64,000 nucleotides of DNA from Hypanus sabinus (Eukaryota), in NCBI RefSeq assembly GCF_030144855.1, contig NC_082717.1, positions 4,092,001 through 4,156,000 of the forward strand, read 5' to 3'. Shown one piece after another: positions 23,296-37,989 of the stretch. The notes below the pieces were generated by a model that made no database searches, was not told where the DNA came from, and was given only the letters and a program-made list of their open reading frames with translations. The translations under genes and the position numbers were made by a program. How positions within the stretch are numbered: the stretch's first letter is position 1; each line of letters begins with the position of its first letter.

Positions 23296-25439
23296 TGGAT
23301 AGTGAGGAAGTAGCGGCGAGATTGTCATGGGGATCATAATTCCCATGTTCCTCTTTCAATGGATCAGCAGCTGGAAGTGGATGAATAAGTCTTACAACAG
23401 AGAAAAGGGTAATTTTTGTGGAGAGAGCTAGTCCAGGAGTCTGTGGAAGAGAGAGGAATCTACTTGGACAGTGTGAGATCCACCTGACAGGGTGAGCGTG
23501 CTGTGGATTGAAGATACATTTATTATCAAAGTATGTATGCAGTGCACAACTCTGAGATTCACTTTCACCAGACAGACACAAAACAAACTATGGCAGCCTT
23601 TCAAAGAAACACTTGAACCCGCCACATATAAAAAACACAACACACACAAATAGTAACAAGAACATCAAACTCCAAATCCCCCGTGCAAAAAACAATCATG
23701 CGATCAGTAACAAGAAAGAGTGGGCAAAATCACAAAATATAAAACATTAAAGTGGAAGAGTCAAATCCGTTAAGTGGCGTTCTCCTCCGGACGGGGTGAG
23801 TGTGCTGTGGACAGTAACAGTCTGGTCCATGACAAGGAGTATGGTGATGTCCTGACATCAGTGTAAATGGCCCTTGGCAGCTTTCCATTCAGCTGAGCTT
23901 CTGGGTTTTGGTTTGAGGGGAACTACAGGCTGTAGACTGCAAGAAATTTCCATGAGGAAGTAGGAGAGTGGTTGGTAAAAGTGTACTGGCATTGTGTACT
24001 GGGGGAAGTTGGTGAGACAGTAAATGCAGAGATGTCGTCAAGCAAGAGGGAAGCAAGTGAGAACATGGTGACTCCACATGTTGGTTTGCGGTAAAATTGG
24101 GAAATAGAAAGAAAGGCAAGAGTACTTTGCAGATATGCAGTAAGGGACATGGTGATAACCTCCTGTGTGAGTTATGAACTCACAGTAATGCACAGTGTTA
24201 CAGAATTGGCCTTTTGGCCATCTTGTTCATTCTGACCACGTTACCAATCTGCACCAATCACATTTACAAGAATTGGGCCCCTATCACTCAGCATCTTTCC
24301 GATGCAAGCACCTGTCCAAATGCCCCTAATTGTACATGCCTCTAGGAATCTCCAGTGGCAACTCATTCAAGTTCAAGTTTATTGTCATTGGAATGTACAT
24401 GTATACAACCAAATGAAACAATGTTCCTCTGGACCATGGTTCACCAACAATTATATAACACAGCACATAAACCGAGTATTATCATCAACACATGAATAAA
24501 ATATCATTCAGAATGCATGTAGAGCACAGCACGGGTAAACAATAAACAGCTCACTGTCCTGGTGACGAGATCTCAGTGGTGACAGGGTATCCATTAGTCT
24601 CACAGCCTGAGGGAAGAAGCTGTTACTGATCTGACAGTCCTCATCCTGATGCTCCTGTCCCTCCTTCCTGATGGTAGTGGGTCAAAGAGATTGTGGGATG
24701 GGTGGTGGGAATCATCAACAATGTTTCAAGCTCTTCGTCTGCAACGCTCCCGGTAATCTGATTTCGAGATACCTTCCCACGAAGCCATGTTGAGAGCAGA
24801 CCTGTGTGGTCCTTACTGAACAAAGGAGATAGTTGCTATGGAGACAGTGCAGTGAAGTTTCACAGAACTGGTTCCCCGATGGTGGCTCTGTGAGGATAGG
24901 AGGAGGTGAATATTCTGATTAAAATGATTCACTTTATTTGTCACATGTAAATTGAAACATACAGTGAAATTCATTGTTTGCATCAAACCAAATCAGCGAG
25001 GATTGTGCTGAGCAAGTGTCCCCATGTATCCATGACCAACATATCACAGCCACAGCTCACTAACCCTAACTGTATGTCTTCGGTATGTGGGAGGAAAGCC
25101 ACGTGGTCACGGGGAGAACGTACAAACTCCTCACAGACAGTGGTGGGAACTGAACCCCAATCTTACAGCCGGCACTGTAAAGCATTGAGCTGACCACTAC
25201 TCGACCGTGCTGCCCGGTGGTCGAGGTTGACCATGGATGTTGCATCTGAACTGTCTACATTGTTGCTGTTGTGCCAGCGATACACAAGCCAGGTCAGTAC
25301 GATATGGAGAGCGAGCTGCTGCCTGTGAAGCTTCTCCCGCTCTCCACTCATTATGTACACGTTGTATAGAATGCCTTGGGATTTCCTATAATCCTCCTTG
25401 TCAAAGACTTTTCATGGCCCTTCCTGCTCTCCTTCTTGA

Positions 25440-27840
25440 ATTCTTCTCCAGACTCTTCATAATTCTCAGGGTCTCTGTTTGACGTTAGCTCATTACCCGT
25501 GATGTACTGGGATGAATCCATTACCTTTTGTAGGATTTTCCTTTCAAAGGCATTGGTGTTTCCATACTAGACCGTGATGCAGCCAGTCATGCACTCTCTA
25601 CCACTCATCGATATGAGTTTTGCTGCGTTTTTGATGTCATGTTGAATCTTTGCAGACTCCTAAAGAAGTAGAGGTACTGCTGCTTTCTTTTCAATTGCAT
25701 TTACGTGCTGGGTCCAGGAAAAGGCCTCAGAAATTACAAAACCGAGGAATTTAAAGTGCCAGCCCTCTTCACGTCTGATCTGATGAGGATTGGCTCATGG
25801 TTCTCTGGCTTCCATCTCCTGAAGTCCATAATCAGTTCTTTTGTCTTGCTGGCATTGTGTGAGTGGCTATTGTTATGTCACCTCTCAGCCAAATTTTCCA
25901 TCTCCCTCCTGTATGCTGATACATCACCACCTTTGATATGGTCTGAAACGGTCGTGTCATCAGCAAACTTAATGCCATAAGAGTATAAGACATAGGAGCA
26001 GAATTAAGCCCTTTGAGTCTGCTCTGTCATTTCATCAAGGCTGATCCCAGATCACATTCAACACCACACACCTGCCCTGTCACCAAATCCCCTGATGCCC
26101 CAAACAATCAGGAACCTATCAACTACGGCATTAACTATAGCCAAGGACTTGGACACCTTCACAGCCTGGCAGAGCATTCACAGAATCACCACTCATTGGC
26201 TGAAAACAATCTCTTCTTATTTCTGCTCTAAAAAGGTCATCCTTCAATCTTGAGGCTCTTCCCTCCAGTTCTGGATATCCACACCACAGGAAACAAGTTC
26301 CATTGATCCAGATAGGAATCCCTTCCTTCTGCTCCAATTCTTCAGCCATACATTTATCTACAACCTCATTTTATTCCTATCCTATACTTGAATATGGTAT
26401 TGGATCTGTGCTTAGCCACACAGTTATAATTGTAAGGTGCATAGAGCAGGGGCTAAGCACACAGCCTTGTGGTGCACCTATGTTGATGGAGACCATGGAG
26501 GAGATGTTTTTGCTAATCTAAGCTGACTCAGATCTGCAAGTAGTGAAATCCAGGATCAGTTGCACAAGGAGGTAATGAGGCCAAGGTCTGGGAGTTTATT
26601 GATTAGCTTTAAGGAGGTGTTGGTATTAAATGTTGAGCTGTAATCGATAAAGAGCATCCTGATGTATGCATCTTTGTCCAGATGTTCCAGTGCTGTGTGA
26701 AGAGCCAGTGAGATGGCATCTGCTCTGGAGGGGTTCCTCCAGTAGGCAAATTGGAGAGGATTCAAGACATCTCTCAGGCAGGAGCTGATATGTTTCAACA
26801 TGAGTCTCTCAAATCGCTATGGATGTAAATGCAATTGGGCGATAGTCATTGAGGCCTGTCAGCACACTGTTCTTGGGGACCCGTTGGAATGAAGCCTGTT
26901 TGAATCAGTGAGATACCACACACTGCCGAGGTGAGAGGGCAAAGATATCAGTGCCCACACCAGCCAGTTTGTCAGGCAAGTCCTTAGTACGTGGCCAAGT
27001 ACCCCGTCTGTTCCGGATGCCTTCCTTGGATTGACTCGCCTGAAGGCCTCCTGCACATCAGCTTCAGATACTCAGACTAAAGGATCATCAGGAGATGTCG
27101 GGGTTCCTCCATGTTCTGGTGGTCAAAGTGAACGGAGAAGGCATTGAGCTCATCTGGAAGTCCCCCATGATTTAATTTTGTAGGAGGTTACAGCATTCAA
27201 ACCTTGCCACAGCTGTCGAGCATCCGTTGTTGATTCTAGTTTGATCCAGATACATGCGAGATGGCCTTCTGGAGATCACACCTGAACCATTTGTAGCTTT
27301 CTTGCCCTCCAGACTTGAATGGCTCTGACCTGGCACTCATCAAATTTAAAATATTGTGTTTCATCCAGGGCTACTTACTCTGAACTGTTCAGTGGGGGCA
27401 CACCCATCTACAACTGTTTTAATAAAGTCCGTTATTACCCTGGTGTAGTCATTCAGATCCACAGATGAGGGCCTGAACATAGGTGAAGCTCTCCCAACCA
27501 TTAAGAATATCTACATGAAAGCATGCTCCATCATCAGAGATCCTCACCACCCAGGCCATGCTCTTTTCTCACTGCTGCCATCGGGTAGAAGGTATAAGAG
27601 CCTCAGGCCTCACACAAGAATAGTAATTACCTCTCAAACATTAAGGTCTTGAACAGAAGGGGATAACTACACTCGCTGAGATGTTCCCAAAACCACTGAT
27701 GTCACTTTAAGGACACTTTATCTTGTTACTTCATGTTCTTGTTATTTATTGCTATTTATTTATATTTGCATTTGCATTTTGTAGTCTTCTGTACTCTACC
27801 TGATCTTTCATTAATCCTGTTATAGATACTATTCTATAGA
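25440..27840. mobile_element. L2/Rex-like LINE fragments (RT on minus, 3' end on plus at about 27480-27840) with CR1 remnant
   Basis: LNPLQFAY..N.S.ADAISLALHTALEHLD..DAYIRMLFIDYSSTFNT (26556-26801) and RKASGTDGVLG.VLR.C (26859-27056). Confidence 0.8.
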
Positions 27841-27879
27841 TTTGCTAAGTAAGCCCACAGGGATAGAATCTCAGGGTAG

Positions 27880-29917
27880 ACAAAGTGTCATAGAAAAGTA
27901 TAGCACAGAAAGAGGCCCTTGGACCCATCTTGACTCTGTTAACCCCTTCATTCCTGGAATCATCCTGGTGATCAGCCTCTGAACTACCTCCAATGACAAC
28001 ACATTCTTTCTGAGATATGGGTCCCCCGAACTCTTGACAATACTCCAAATGTGTCCGGACTAGTGTCTTATAAAGCTTCAGCATTATCTCCTTGCTTTTA
28101 TATTCTATTCCCCTTGAAATAAATGCCAACATTGCATTTGCCTTCTTTACCACAGACTCAACGTGTGAATTAACCTGCTGGGAGACTTGCATGAGGAATC
28201 CAAAGTCCCTCTGCACCTCTGATGTTTGAAACTTCTCCCCATGTAGATAATATTCTGTACTATTGTTCCTTTAACAAAATGCATTATCATACTTTTCCCA
28301 GCACTGTATTCCATCTGACACATCTTGCCCATTCTTCCAGTTTGTCTAAGTCCTGATGCAATCACATTGCTTCCTCAGCACTACCTACCCCTCCACCTAT
28401 CCTCGTATCAGCTGCACACTTAACACAAAGCGATCAATTCCATTATATAAATCATTGACAAAAAATGTGAGAAGTAGCGATCCTGAGGAACACCACTATT
28501 TACTGGCAGTCAACCAGAAATGGCCTCTTTTATCGCAATTGCTGTCACCTGCCTGTCAGCCATTTCTCTAGCCATGCCAGTATCTTTTCTGTAATGCCAT
28601 GGGATTTTATCTTGCTAAACAGCCTCATGTGTAGCACCTTATCAAAAGTCTTGTAAGATCCAAGTAAATGACATCCACTACCTGTCCTTTGTCCACCCTC
28701 CTTGTTACTTCCTCAAAGGTCTCGAACCGAGTTGACAGGGAAGATTTTCCTTTACAAAAACCATGTTGACTTTGGGTTATTTTATCATTAGTCTCCATGT
28801 ACCTCATAACCTCACCCTTAATAACAGACTCCAGCACTTTCCCAGCCACTGAGGTGAGGCTAACTGGTCTATAATTTCCTTTCTTTTGCCTTCCATCCTT
28901 CTTAAAGTGTGGAGTGACATTTGCAATCTTCCAGCTCTCCAGGACCGTGGCAGAACCAAGTGATTTTTTAAAGATCATGACCAATGCATCTGTTATCTCT
29001 TCAGCAACCACTCTCAGGACTCTGGGATGTGTTCCAACTTGCCCAGCTGACTTATCCAGCTTAAGACCTTTCAGTTTGGCTAGTACTTATTCCTTTGTAA
29101 TAGCAATGGCACTCACTCCTGCTCCCTGACACTCACGGACCTCTGGCACACTTTTGGTCTTTTCTACAGTGAAAACAGATTCAAAGTACATGTTCGGCAC
29201 ATCATTGTGGGCCAAAGGGCCTGTATTGTGCTGTAGGTTTTCAAAGTTTCTCTCTTTCTAAAGTACCCATTAAGTTCATCTGCCATTTCTTAGTCCCCCA
29301 TTGCTACCTCACCAGCTTCATTTTCCATTGGTCCAATATCAACTCTCATCTCCCTTTCACTCGTTATATAAATGAAAAAGCTTAGTTCCTGCTTTATATT
29401 ATTGGCTAGCTTTCCCTCATGTTTCATCTTTTCCCTTCTTATGGCTTTCTTAGTTGCCTTTTGTTGGATTTTAAAAACTTGCCATTCACATTCCCACTCA
29501 CCTTTTCTATATTATCTGCCTTTTCCTTGGCTTTTATGCAGTTCTCAACTTCTCTTCTCAGCCACGGTTGCTCAAATCTGCCGCTTGAAAACATTTTCTT
29601 CTGTGGGACATATCTATCCTGCGCCTAGTGAAACATTCCCAGAAATGTCAGCCGCCTTTGCTGCACCATCATCTCCATCAGTATCCCCCTGGGCAACTCC
29701 TCTCTCATGCCTCTGCAATTCCCCTTATTCCACTGTGATACCTCTGACTTGTGCTTTTCCCTCTCAAGCTGCAGTATGAATGGAATCATATTATGATCAC
29801 TGCCTCCTAAGGGTTTCTTCACTTTAAACTCCCTAATGAAGTCTGGATTGTTACACAATGACCAATCTAAGATAGATTTTCCCCAAGTAGGGCCGAGCAC
29901 AAGCTGCTCTAAAAAGG
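27880..29917 (-). mobile_element. CR1 LINE, decayed
   Basis: WKIANVTPHFKK...NYRPVSLTS (28625-29011), FISRGIEYKS, GGSDHNMI.F. Confidence 0.85.
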
Positions 29918-31246
29918 CATCTTGTATATTGAAGTTACCATTTTAATGGCTCCATCTTGTTGTATACCCCTAGGGTTCATTTTTTTTGTGGACTGTCACT
30001 TTAAAACATCGAGAGAATGAGTCTGACTTTTGGTCACTGTTGGATTTCAGCTAACTGCAGAGTTGCTTGGTTACTATGGTGCAGAGAGGTGGAATTATTT
30101 GATGGACGATTGAATTTTGTGGTGTTGCTGCAGCTTGTTTACTTTTTACAAGGACACAGAGACGCACACAGCCACACACATGCTCAGAGTCAAGATGGAT
30201 TCGGTCAATGGAAGACACCAGGGAGTCGGTCGCTGGTTTAAACTTTCAGTAGCCCAAAAGGGGTGAGTTGAGATCGATCCAGACTATTGATGATTGACTC
30301 TCACAAGTGCTGCACACTGGAAGAAGTTAGCAGAGAAGAGGGGAGAGGAAGGTTTGAAACAGAAGAAACATAGTGACAAAGAATCACTGTTTGGACTCTG
30401 TCTCCAAGTAGCCCATAAGGGAGAGTTTGATTCCATTCGAATACGGAAGTGTAATTGTAACGTAGTTAATCCACAGGAGTGGGTTCTCTGGTGCGGTTGA
30501 AACCGTTGTGAATACCATGTGAGTGTTTACCCTTTGTCTGGGTGTGGCAGTTCACTGAAGAAAGGCACCCCTGTGGCAAATCACTGTTGGAGTTATTTCG
30601 TATGTCTGGAACTGGATAAGTGGCTATCACGTTGTGTGTGATTGGGGTAACCGTGTGGAATCTACCGGTGTGTCAACCCTTGCCTAGGTGGTGGTTCCCT
30701 TGAAGATGGTCCCCTTTGTGATGAGCTACTGTTGGTGATAATCCCTACGTGGATTCTGTTTGAGTATCTTGTGGCCACCACTTTGAGATGTCCCGTAGCT
30801 GAATTCGGGTGTGGTACCACTTGTGTTGAAAGGATATTCATTGAAGATCACTGTCGGTGATACTTGGTGTGTGGAGTGGAACAACTTCGGAGATAAGACC
30901 TACTGATACTGTTATTTTGTTTTGCTGTCATGGAATCTGTGGAATATGGACATAATTACCTTCTCACAACATTCGCCTTTGGATTACAAATATCTTGCAT
31001 TAATTAACCTGTGCAACTTTCTTACATCCCATCACAAGACTGTAACTGGTACCACCTGAGCTTGAATAAGTTTGGGAACTTTATTTATACACCTATGTAC
31101 ACCTGACACCTAACTCTTGGTTTACCTGGTTTGAGTTACTTTATGACGTAGTTACTTATAAAATAATGTTTTGTTAACAGCAAAATCAGACTCCAGGTGT
31201 GTTCTGTTGCTGCCAATACTTCTACAGGGTTGCGTGTATGTAACAG
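29918..31246. mobile_element. LTR-like non-coding insertion
   Basis: Interrupts CR1, TGTA...TAACA ends, internal imperfect repeats. No TSD found. Confidence 0.35.
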
Positions 31247-31399
31247 TCTGTCTAAGTAGACAATGGATGCGCCCGGTTTCGGACTCAGTTGGGTTTGGAA
31301 CAGCGTCGGCTGTGGCTGAACAAGCCGATTCTGGAGCGGCAGTCCTTGGCACAGCTGCTACACAGTAAGGCTGATGGCCGCAACATTCCTTCTCTCTTC

Positions 31400-31800
31400 T
31401 GTCCGAGCAGTCGAGTTCATTTTTCCTCTGCATTGGCGATGCCCGTACGTACAGCCTGTCGCCAGGTGCAGCAATTTGCAGCTGTCTCTTCCAAAGTGGT
31501 ATCAGCAGACTTCAGGTCACGTTTATAAACGTCCCTGTAAAGCGGCAGTGGGCGCCCTATGGGCCGGGATCCTGCGCCGAGTTCTCCGTGTAGGATGTCC
31601 TCGGGGATGCGACCATCCTGCATGCGGTGGACGTGGCCAAGCCAGCGCAGTCGTCACTGTATGAGAAGGACACACATGCTGGCCTGCTCTGGGATTCCTT
31701 ATTCCCATTACAATTGTGATATTACACTGGTAGTTAGGGTTGGTCCTGAGTGCTGCCTTGACAGGGCATCTGTGGCTGCAGTCTGATGGCCAGGACGGTA
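31400..31800 (-). mobile_element. RTE LINE ORF2 C-terminal fragment
   Basis: MQDGRIPEDILHGEL..GSRPIGRP...YRDVYKRDLK. Confidence 0.8.
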
Positions 31801-32379
31801 AATTGTCTGTGAGTTAAATCAGGCGAGGATCTACGGTGAAGGATGAGCGGACAATGGAGTCACATAGTCAGCGATCCTTATCAACAACAGGGGCTTAGTT
31901 ATGGTGGTGCTAAACGGTGACTCCTTTGCTTGTGTCTTCAGAAACAGCTCTATTTCCATCTTTAATATCTCTATTTTTCCCTTTCAAGGTTCTGTTGAAG
32001 ACCCTGACCTGGAGTTACATGCTGACTTCGGATCGTTGTGAGAGTGGGACCCAATCTCGGGATTTTATGACTGGCTGTCATTTGACGTGCCAAGGACACA
32101 CCCTAAGCTCTTAGCTCACCTTCAGAGTTCTGACATCTTGTGGCTCTGGAGACGGGTGGATTGAAGGTCAGTCCCAGCAGGAGATCGGTGTGTGTGGGAT
32201 TCAGAAGTTCTCTGGCTGTGTGTCCAGAGACCCGAGTTCTTTGGGCACAGAGCTCAGAAAAAGCGATGCAATGGACTTATAAGATCATAAACCAGTGAGC
32301 TGTTTGTTATGTTGTCCTTCTGGCTGTGAAATGGGGACACTTTTTCTCCTTTATCAGGGAGAGAGAGAGCCCTGAGCAG

Positions 32380-33200
32380 ATCCAATGGAGTCTGAGGAAT
32401 TGAGAGAAGAAAATCATATTTTTACAAGTGACAGGGTGGGTGGAAGCAAAGTCAAGATATCTGTGAGAGTCAGTAGGTTTGTAAAAGATATCAGTAGGTT
32501 GGTCAGTTTCCAGAGACAGAGACAGAGAAATGAAGAACGGGTACTCCACATACATCCTCACTAGAATTATATAAAGCTGCAACATTAATTCCTGACCCTG
32601 GCTTTCAGTTCCTTGACTAATAATGGTAAGCATGTCATATGTCTTCCATTCCAAGTCTATATCTTCCTGAAATTAGGGACACAGGTTGTGGCAAAGACAG
32701 TATTTTCCAGCATTATCCTGGTTTCCTTCTTGAATAAAGGAACTACATTAGCAACTTGCCAGTCATCCAGGGCCTCACCTGTGGCTGCAGAGAACAGAAA
32801 GATATTGGTTGAGATCCCAACAATTGCATCTCTTTCTTCCCTCAAAAACATGTGGTATATCCCATCAGGTCTTTGGGACATATGGCTCTTTAAGAGACAT
32901 CAGCATGTCAGAAAATTCCACACTGATCTCAGTTTCCACTATGTCTTTTTCCTTGAATAATATTCATGTAACTTACTCATTTAAGACTTCACCACCATCC
33001 TCTGACTCCATGAATGTGTTCCCTCTAACCTTGAGTGGTCCTATCTGTTCTTTAGTTGATGTTTGTATTGAGTGTGTTGGGATTCTCTTTAAACCTGCTT
33101 TCCATGACTCTTTAAGGCCCCTCCTGGCTCTCCTAATTTCTTTCTTCAATTCTTTTCACAGTTCTTTCAGGCTCTGTTTGATTTTTTGTTTCCTAAACCC
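32380..33200 (-). mobile_element. CR1 fragments fused to a Penelope RT fragment
   Basis: ELMLQLYIILVR.YVEY joined to TDIFYKPTDSHRYLDFASTHPVTCKN.I.FSQFLRL..IC. Confidence 0.75.
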
Positions 33201-33239
33201 TATGTATGCTTTCTTTTTCTCAACTGAATTCACAGCATT

Positions 33240-34300
33240 CAGAACCATAATTCCATCCAGGCTCAACAGGAAGCTCAGAGACCTCAGCCTTGACCCTGCT
33301 TTGTGCAGATGGGTCCTGGACTTCCTGTCAGATTGCCGGCAGGTGGTAAGAGTGGATTCCCTCACCTCCACCCCTCTGACTCTCACCACAAGAGCCCTCA
33401 GGGCTGTGTACTAAATCCCCTCCTTTACTCTCCCTGTATACCCATGACTGAGTCACCACATACAGCTCTAATCTGCTAATTAAATTTGCTACAACACTAT
33501 ATTGATTGGCCTGATCTTGAACAATAACGAGGTGGCCTACAGGGAAGAAGTCATCTTTCTGGCACAGTGGTGTCAAGAAAACAACCTCTCCCTCAATATC
33601 GCAAAAACCAAGGAGCTGGTTGTGGATTACAGGGGGAATGGAGATGGGCTAACCCCTATTGACATCAATGGATCTGGGGTTGAGAGGGTAAAGAACTTTA
33701 AGTTTCTCAACATCCACATCACCGAGAACCTCACGTGGTCTGTACACACCAGCTGTGTGGTGAAGGAGGCACAACAGTGCCTCTTTCATCTCAGACTGTT
33801 GAGGATGTTTGGTACGGGTCCCCAAATCCTAAGAACTTTTTACAGTGGTACAATTGAGAGCATCCTGACTGGCTGCATCTCTGCCTGGTATGGGAACTGT
33901 ACCTCCCTTAATCACAGGATTCTGCAGAGAGTGCCCAGTGCATCTGGAGTTGTGAACTTCCCATGATTCAGGACATTTATAAAGTCAGGTGTGAAAAAAG
34001 AACCTGAAAGATCATTGTGGATTGAGTCACCCCAACCACAATCTATTCCAGCTGCTACCATCAGGGAAGTGGTACCACAGCATAAAAGCCAGGACCAACA
34101 AGCTCTGGGACAACGTCTTCCACCAGGCCATCAGACTTATGAATTCACGCTGATTTGAGTGTAAGTTTCTATGTTATATCGACTGTTCTATTTATTTTAA
34201 ATTATGTTTGTACTATGATTGCACATTGTGCAGTTAGATGGAGACATAACATAAAGATTTTTACTCCTCATGTATGTGACAGATGTAATTGATAAAGTCA
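33240..34300 (+). mobile_element. L2/Rex1-like LINE, RT C-terminus to 3' end
   Basis: WCQENNLSLNIAKTKELVVDYR...FKFL.IHITENLTWS.HT; ends in a (TCAAT)n-like tail. Confidence 0.88.
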
Positions 34301-35499
34301 ATTCAATTCAATTCAAAATTCACCACCTCTCTCATCATGCAAGGATTCATGACCTTGCCAACCTTGTTCTTCCTGTACTCGTTGCAATTGGACTTTAAAC
34401 CCTTCACATGTCAGATATCTACTCACCCAAAACAGCTGTTCCTGCTTAATACCATCATAATTTGCCCTTCTCCAGTCCAATACCCTCCCACAAGTTCCAG
34501 CTTATCTTTATCTGTGGCCATCATAAACCAGAAGGAGCTGTGATCGGCAGTCCCTGAGAGCGGATTTGCAGGAAATGGTGGGGAAGCAGGTGGTGTCCCA
34601 CTGAAAGCCAGTTATATGGCCAAACTCAATACCAAATACCATGGCCCCTCCTCGATCATTTACCATCAAAACCGCCCAAAGTTCCAGCCAAGGTGCAGTA
34701 ATCTCACCTGCTCCAGTGATGCTTTCAATTTCACTAATGTCCTCTCCTTCCTACCTATACTTCACAACTTAAAAATCCTGTTTCCTTACTATGACTTTCA
34801 AATATTCTACATCTCTTTCTTCTGACTACCTTGTTCCTTCAGAGGGGTGAAGTCAGGAGTTGATGTGAGGTGTCATTTTACCCTGTTTGTTTCACAATTA
34901 GCCTCTCTGTCCTCTGAGACTCAGTGCTCCAATGATTTAAGCAGTTGTTTCACTCTCCCAGTCTCTTCCCCTCTTGCTACATTAGCTGTGTCACTATACT
35001 ATTGTAAGGTAGATTGCATGTCCAGGTCATGATGCCTCTTGTTAGTCTCATGTGTGTTCTCAAAGTCAAAGTGGAGTTTATTGTCACATCTGCAAGTCCA
35101 TGTGTGTGCGGGTGAAATGAAAACTTAATTATAATCAGAATGATAACATTGCACAATGTAATTTGAGGCAATTGGCAGTGTTTTTCTTGGGGGGAGGGCA
35201 CAGTTGAAGTCTTTCTTTGAATGGTTTCCATGGTTTTCTTTGCTTCATGGCTACTTGAGGAAGATGAACTTCAGAATTGTACACTGCGAGCATACTTTCA
35301 GAGTAAAATGAGCTTCTAAACCTTTGATCATATCACCAACATTAAGAAAAACATAAACTATGCAACTTTTACAAGAAAGAATCCAATTAGAAATAAACAC
35401 AAAACAATGTTTATATTTGTACAAAGCAATTGAAGTGATGATTGTGTTGATAAACTGTTGTGGTTAATGGTTCAACAACTGAATGGTTAAGAGGAAGTA

Positions 35500-37010
35500 A
35501 CTACTTATAAACATGGTGATGTGAGACTTTAACCTTCTGTACTTCTGCCTAATACATCTTCATCAACATCGAATACATCATGACATCCCATCTCCTGTAC
35601 TCAGTACTTTGAGTTCTGACAGTCAGTGCCAAAAGCTTTCTTTACAACATAATATACCTGTGCTGCAACATCTCATGAATTTGGACCTGTACCAAGATCC
35701 CTTTGTTCTCCTGCACTCCACAGAACACTACTGTTCACTGTGCAAGACCTACCCTGGGTGGTCCTACCAAAGTGCTTCACCTCACTCTTGTTTGCATTAA
35801 ATTCCACCTGCCATTTTACCAGCTTGTCCAGCTCTAATAGTTTTCCTCACTGTCCACTCCAACTCCACAGATCTGGTTATCTAATTAATCATGTTATCAT
35901 TCAGATCATTGATATAGATGACAAACAACACAAGATCCAACACTTAACCCTGCAGCACACCACAGGTCACAGTCCCCCAGTCAGAGAAGCAACCATCTAC
36001 TACCACTCTTTGTCTTCCACCACTGAGCCAATGTCTGATCCCATTTACTACCTCATCTTGAATGCCAGGCATCTGAACGTGTTTGATAAACCTCCCATGC
36101 AGAAGGTTGTCAAATGGCTGCTAGTAAACATCCACTGCCTTACCTTGATCAACTCTCCTGGTGACTAACTGAAAATACTCTCTAAAATTGGTTAGACATG
36201 ACCTAGCACACACAAAGCCATGCTGAGTATCCCTAATTAATCTCTGTCTATCCAAACACTCATATATCTGATCCCTTAGAGAAACTAATTTTGCAGGGGA
36301 CTGGGAACTGGATCACCAAGTCAGTAAGGGAAGGATTGGGATGCAAGGTTGATGTCAGGGAAAGTACTGAAAGAGAAAATTAAAATAACAGGTCTGATGG
36401 GTTGGTTAGTTTAAAGTGTGTATATTTTAGTGCGTGGAGTATTATGGATTTAGAGGTAGGGATGATGAACTTAGAGCATGGATTGGTACATAGAACTGTG
36501 ATGTTGTGGTCATTACTGATATTTGTTTGAAAGAGGGGCAGAATTGAATACTTAATGTACTAGATTTTCGAAGTTCTAGAAATGATTGAGGAGGAGGTGA
36601 AAGAGTGAGGAATAAGGGAGCTGCAATACTAATCAGAGAACAGACTTGTGAGCTTCGAACTGGTGAGTCCATTTGGCTAGAACTCAGGACCAGGAAAGGT
36701 GCAATCACACTGATGGGATTGTACTGTAGACCCCCAATGTGACCTGGATATTGAGGAACTGAAATGTAATCCAATTAAAAAATGTGTACAAATAATATGA
36801 TTGTTGTCAAGGGGATTTCAACTTTCCTAATATAAACTGAGACCTTCTTAATGCTAGCGATTTAGGTGGGGCAGAATTTGTTAACTACATCAGGAAAGTT
36901 TCACAAATCAAGATGTGGATGGTCCAACCAGAGGAGGGGCCGTTCTGGACCTGGAGTTGGGTTATGAGCCTGACCATGTGACTGACCTTTCAATGGGTGA
37001 GAAGTTAGTG
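35500..37010. mobile_element. Highly decayed CR1 fragments, both orientations
   Basis: RT remnants on minus at 35600-36260; endonuclease remnants on plus at 36400-37010. Confidence 0.65.
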
Positions 37011-37989
37011 ACCGTTGTGTTCTTTATATTTATACGTACCGTGGGTAACTAATAAAGAATCATATTCTGGATGAAATAGAACTTTTATTTACAGCAACAA
37101 CCAAACCACGTTTTTACAGTGCCATGTCCTTGATCATTCTATCATTTCCGCTCATGCTCAGAACACTCTCCAACCACGTTCTGACATATCATATCACCAT
37201 ACCTTCCTTTCCTTAAAAAGCAAAACGATTAGCAACATTGACCAAAGCAAATGCATAATTTAACATGTCTCTATCCATCTCTCTGGGGGTTTATGAACAC
37301 GAGTAGACCTTCTAAGTGATTCACACAGCTCTTGTGTTTCATTGTTATTTTCATGTTTTATCTGGTCCGCATCAGTTAACTGAAACTCTGAAATGGCTCT
37401 TTCCTGAGGACTTTGTGATTTCTTCTTAGCACTGCTCCTTCCTCTGTTTGGACCATGTATGATGTGGGTTGTACTTCCTCAAGTACTGTAGCTTTCTGTG
37501 TCCATGTGTTCATTTTGTCTTGGATCCTCACTTCATCTCCTTGGTGCAGTTCAAGTAATGGACAAGAACATCGGTCAAAGTATGTTTTCTGCTTTTCTCT
37601 GTGTTCATCTTTCCATCTTTTCACTTGTTCACCTCCCTCTGTTCTCAGAAGGCTCTCATCTATTGGCAGACTGGATCTCAAATGGCGTCCCATCAAGAGC
37701 TCAGCAGGCGAGAATCCACATTCAAGTGGAGTACTGTGATAGGCTAACAAAGCTTTATAAAAATCACCTCCACTATTTTTTGCTTTGTGCATCAGGTTCT
37801 TGATAATTCCTACTGACTTCTCAACTAATCTATTAGACTGAGGGAAAATAGATGAGATGTTGTATGAACAAAGCCCCATTCACGAGCAAAACGTCTCATT
37901 CATTCACCATTTAATTGCGGACCATTGTCTGTGAAAACTTCATCAGATACACCATGTCTGGAAAAAACTGATCTCATGCACGTAATCAC

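Noticed and set aside
23400-24110. Faint Ig-like patches (LGQCEIHLT before GTGAG; VGETVN; WFAVK)
   Set aside because: Cysteines and spacing are not consistent with a V domain.
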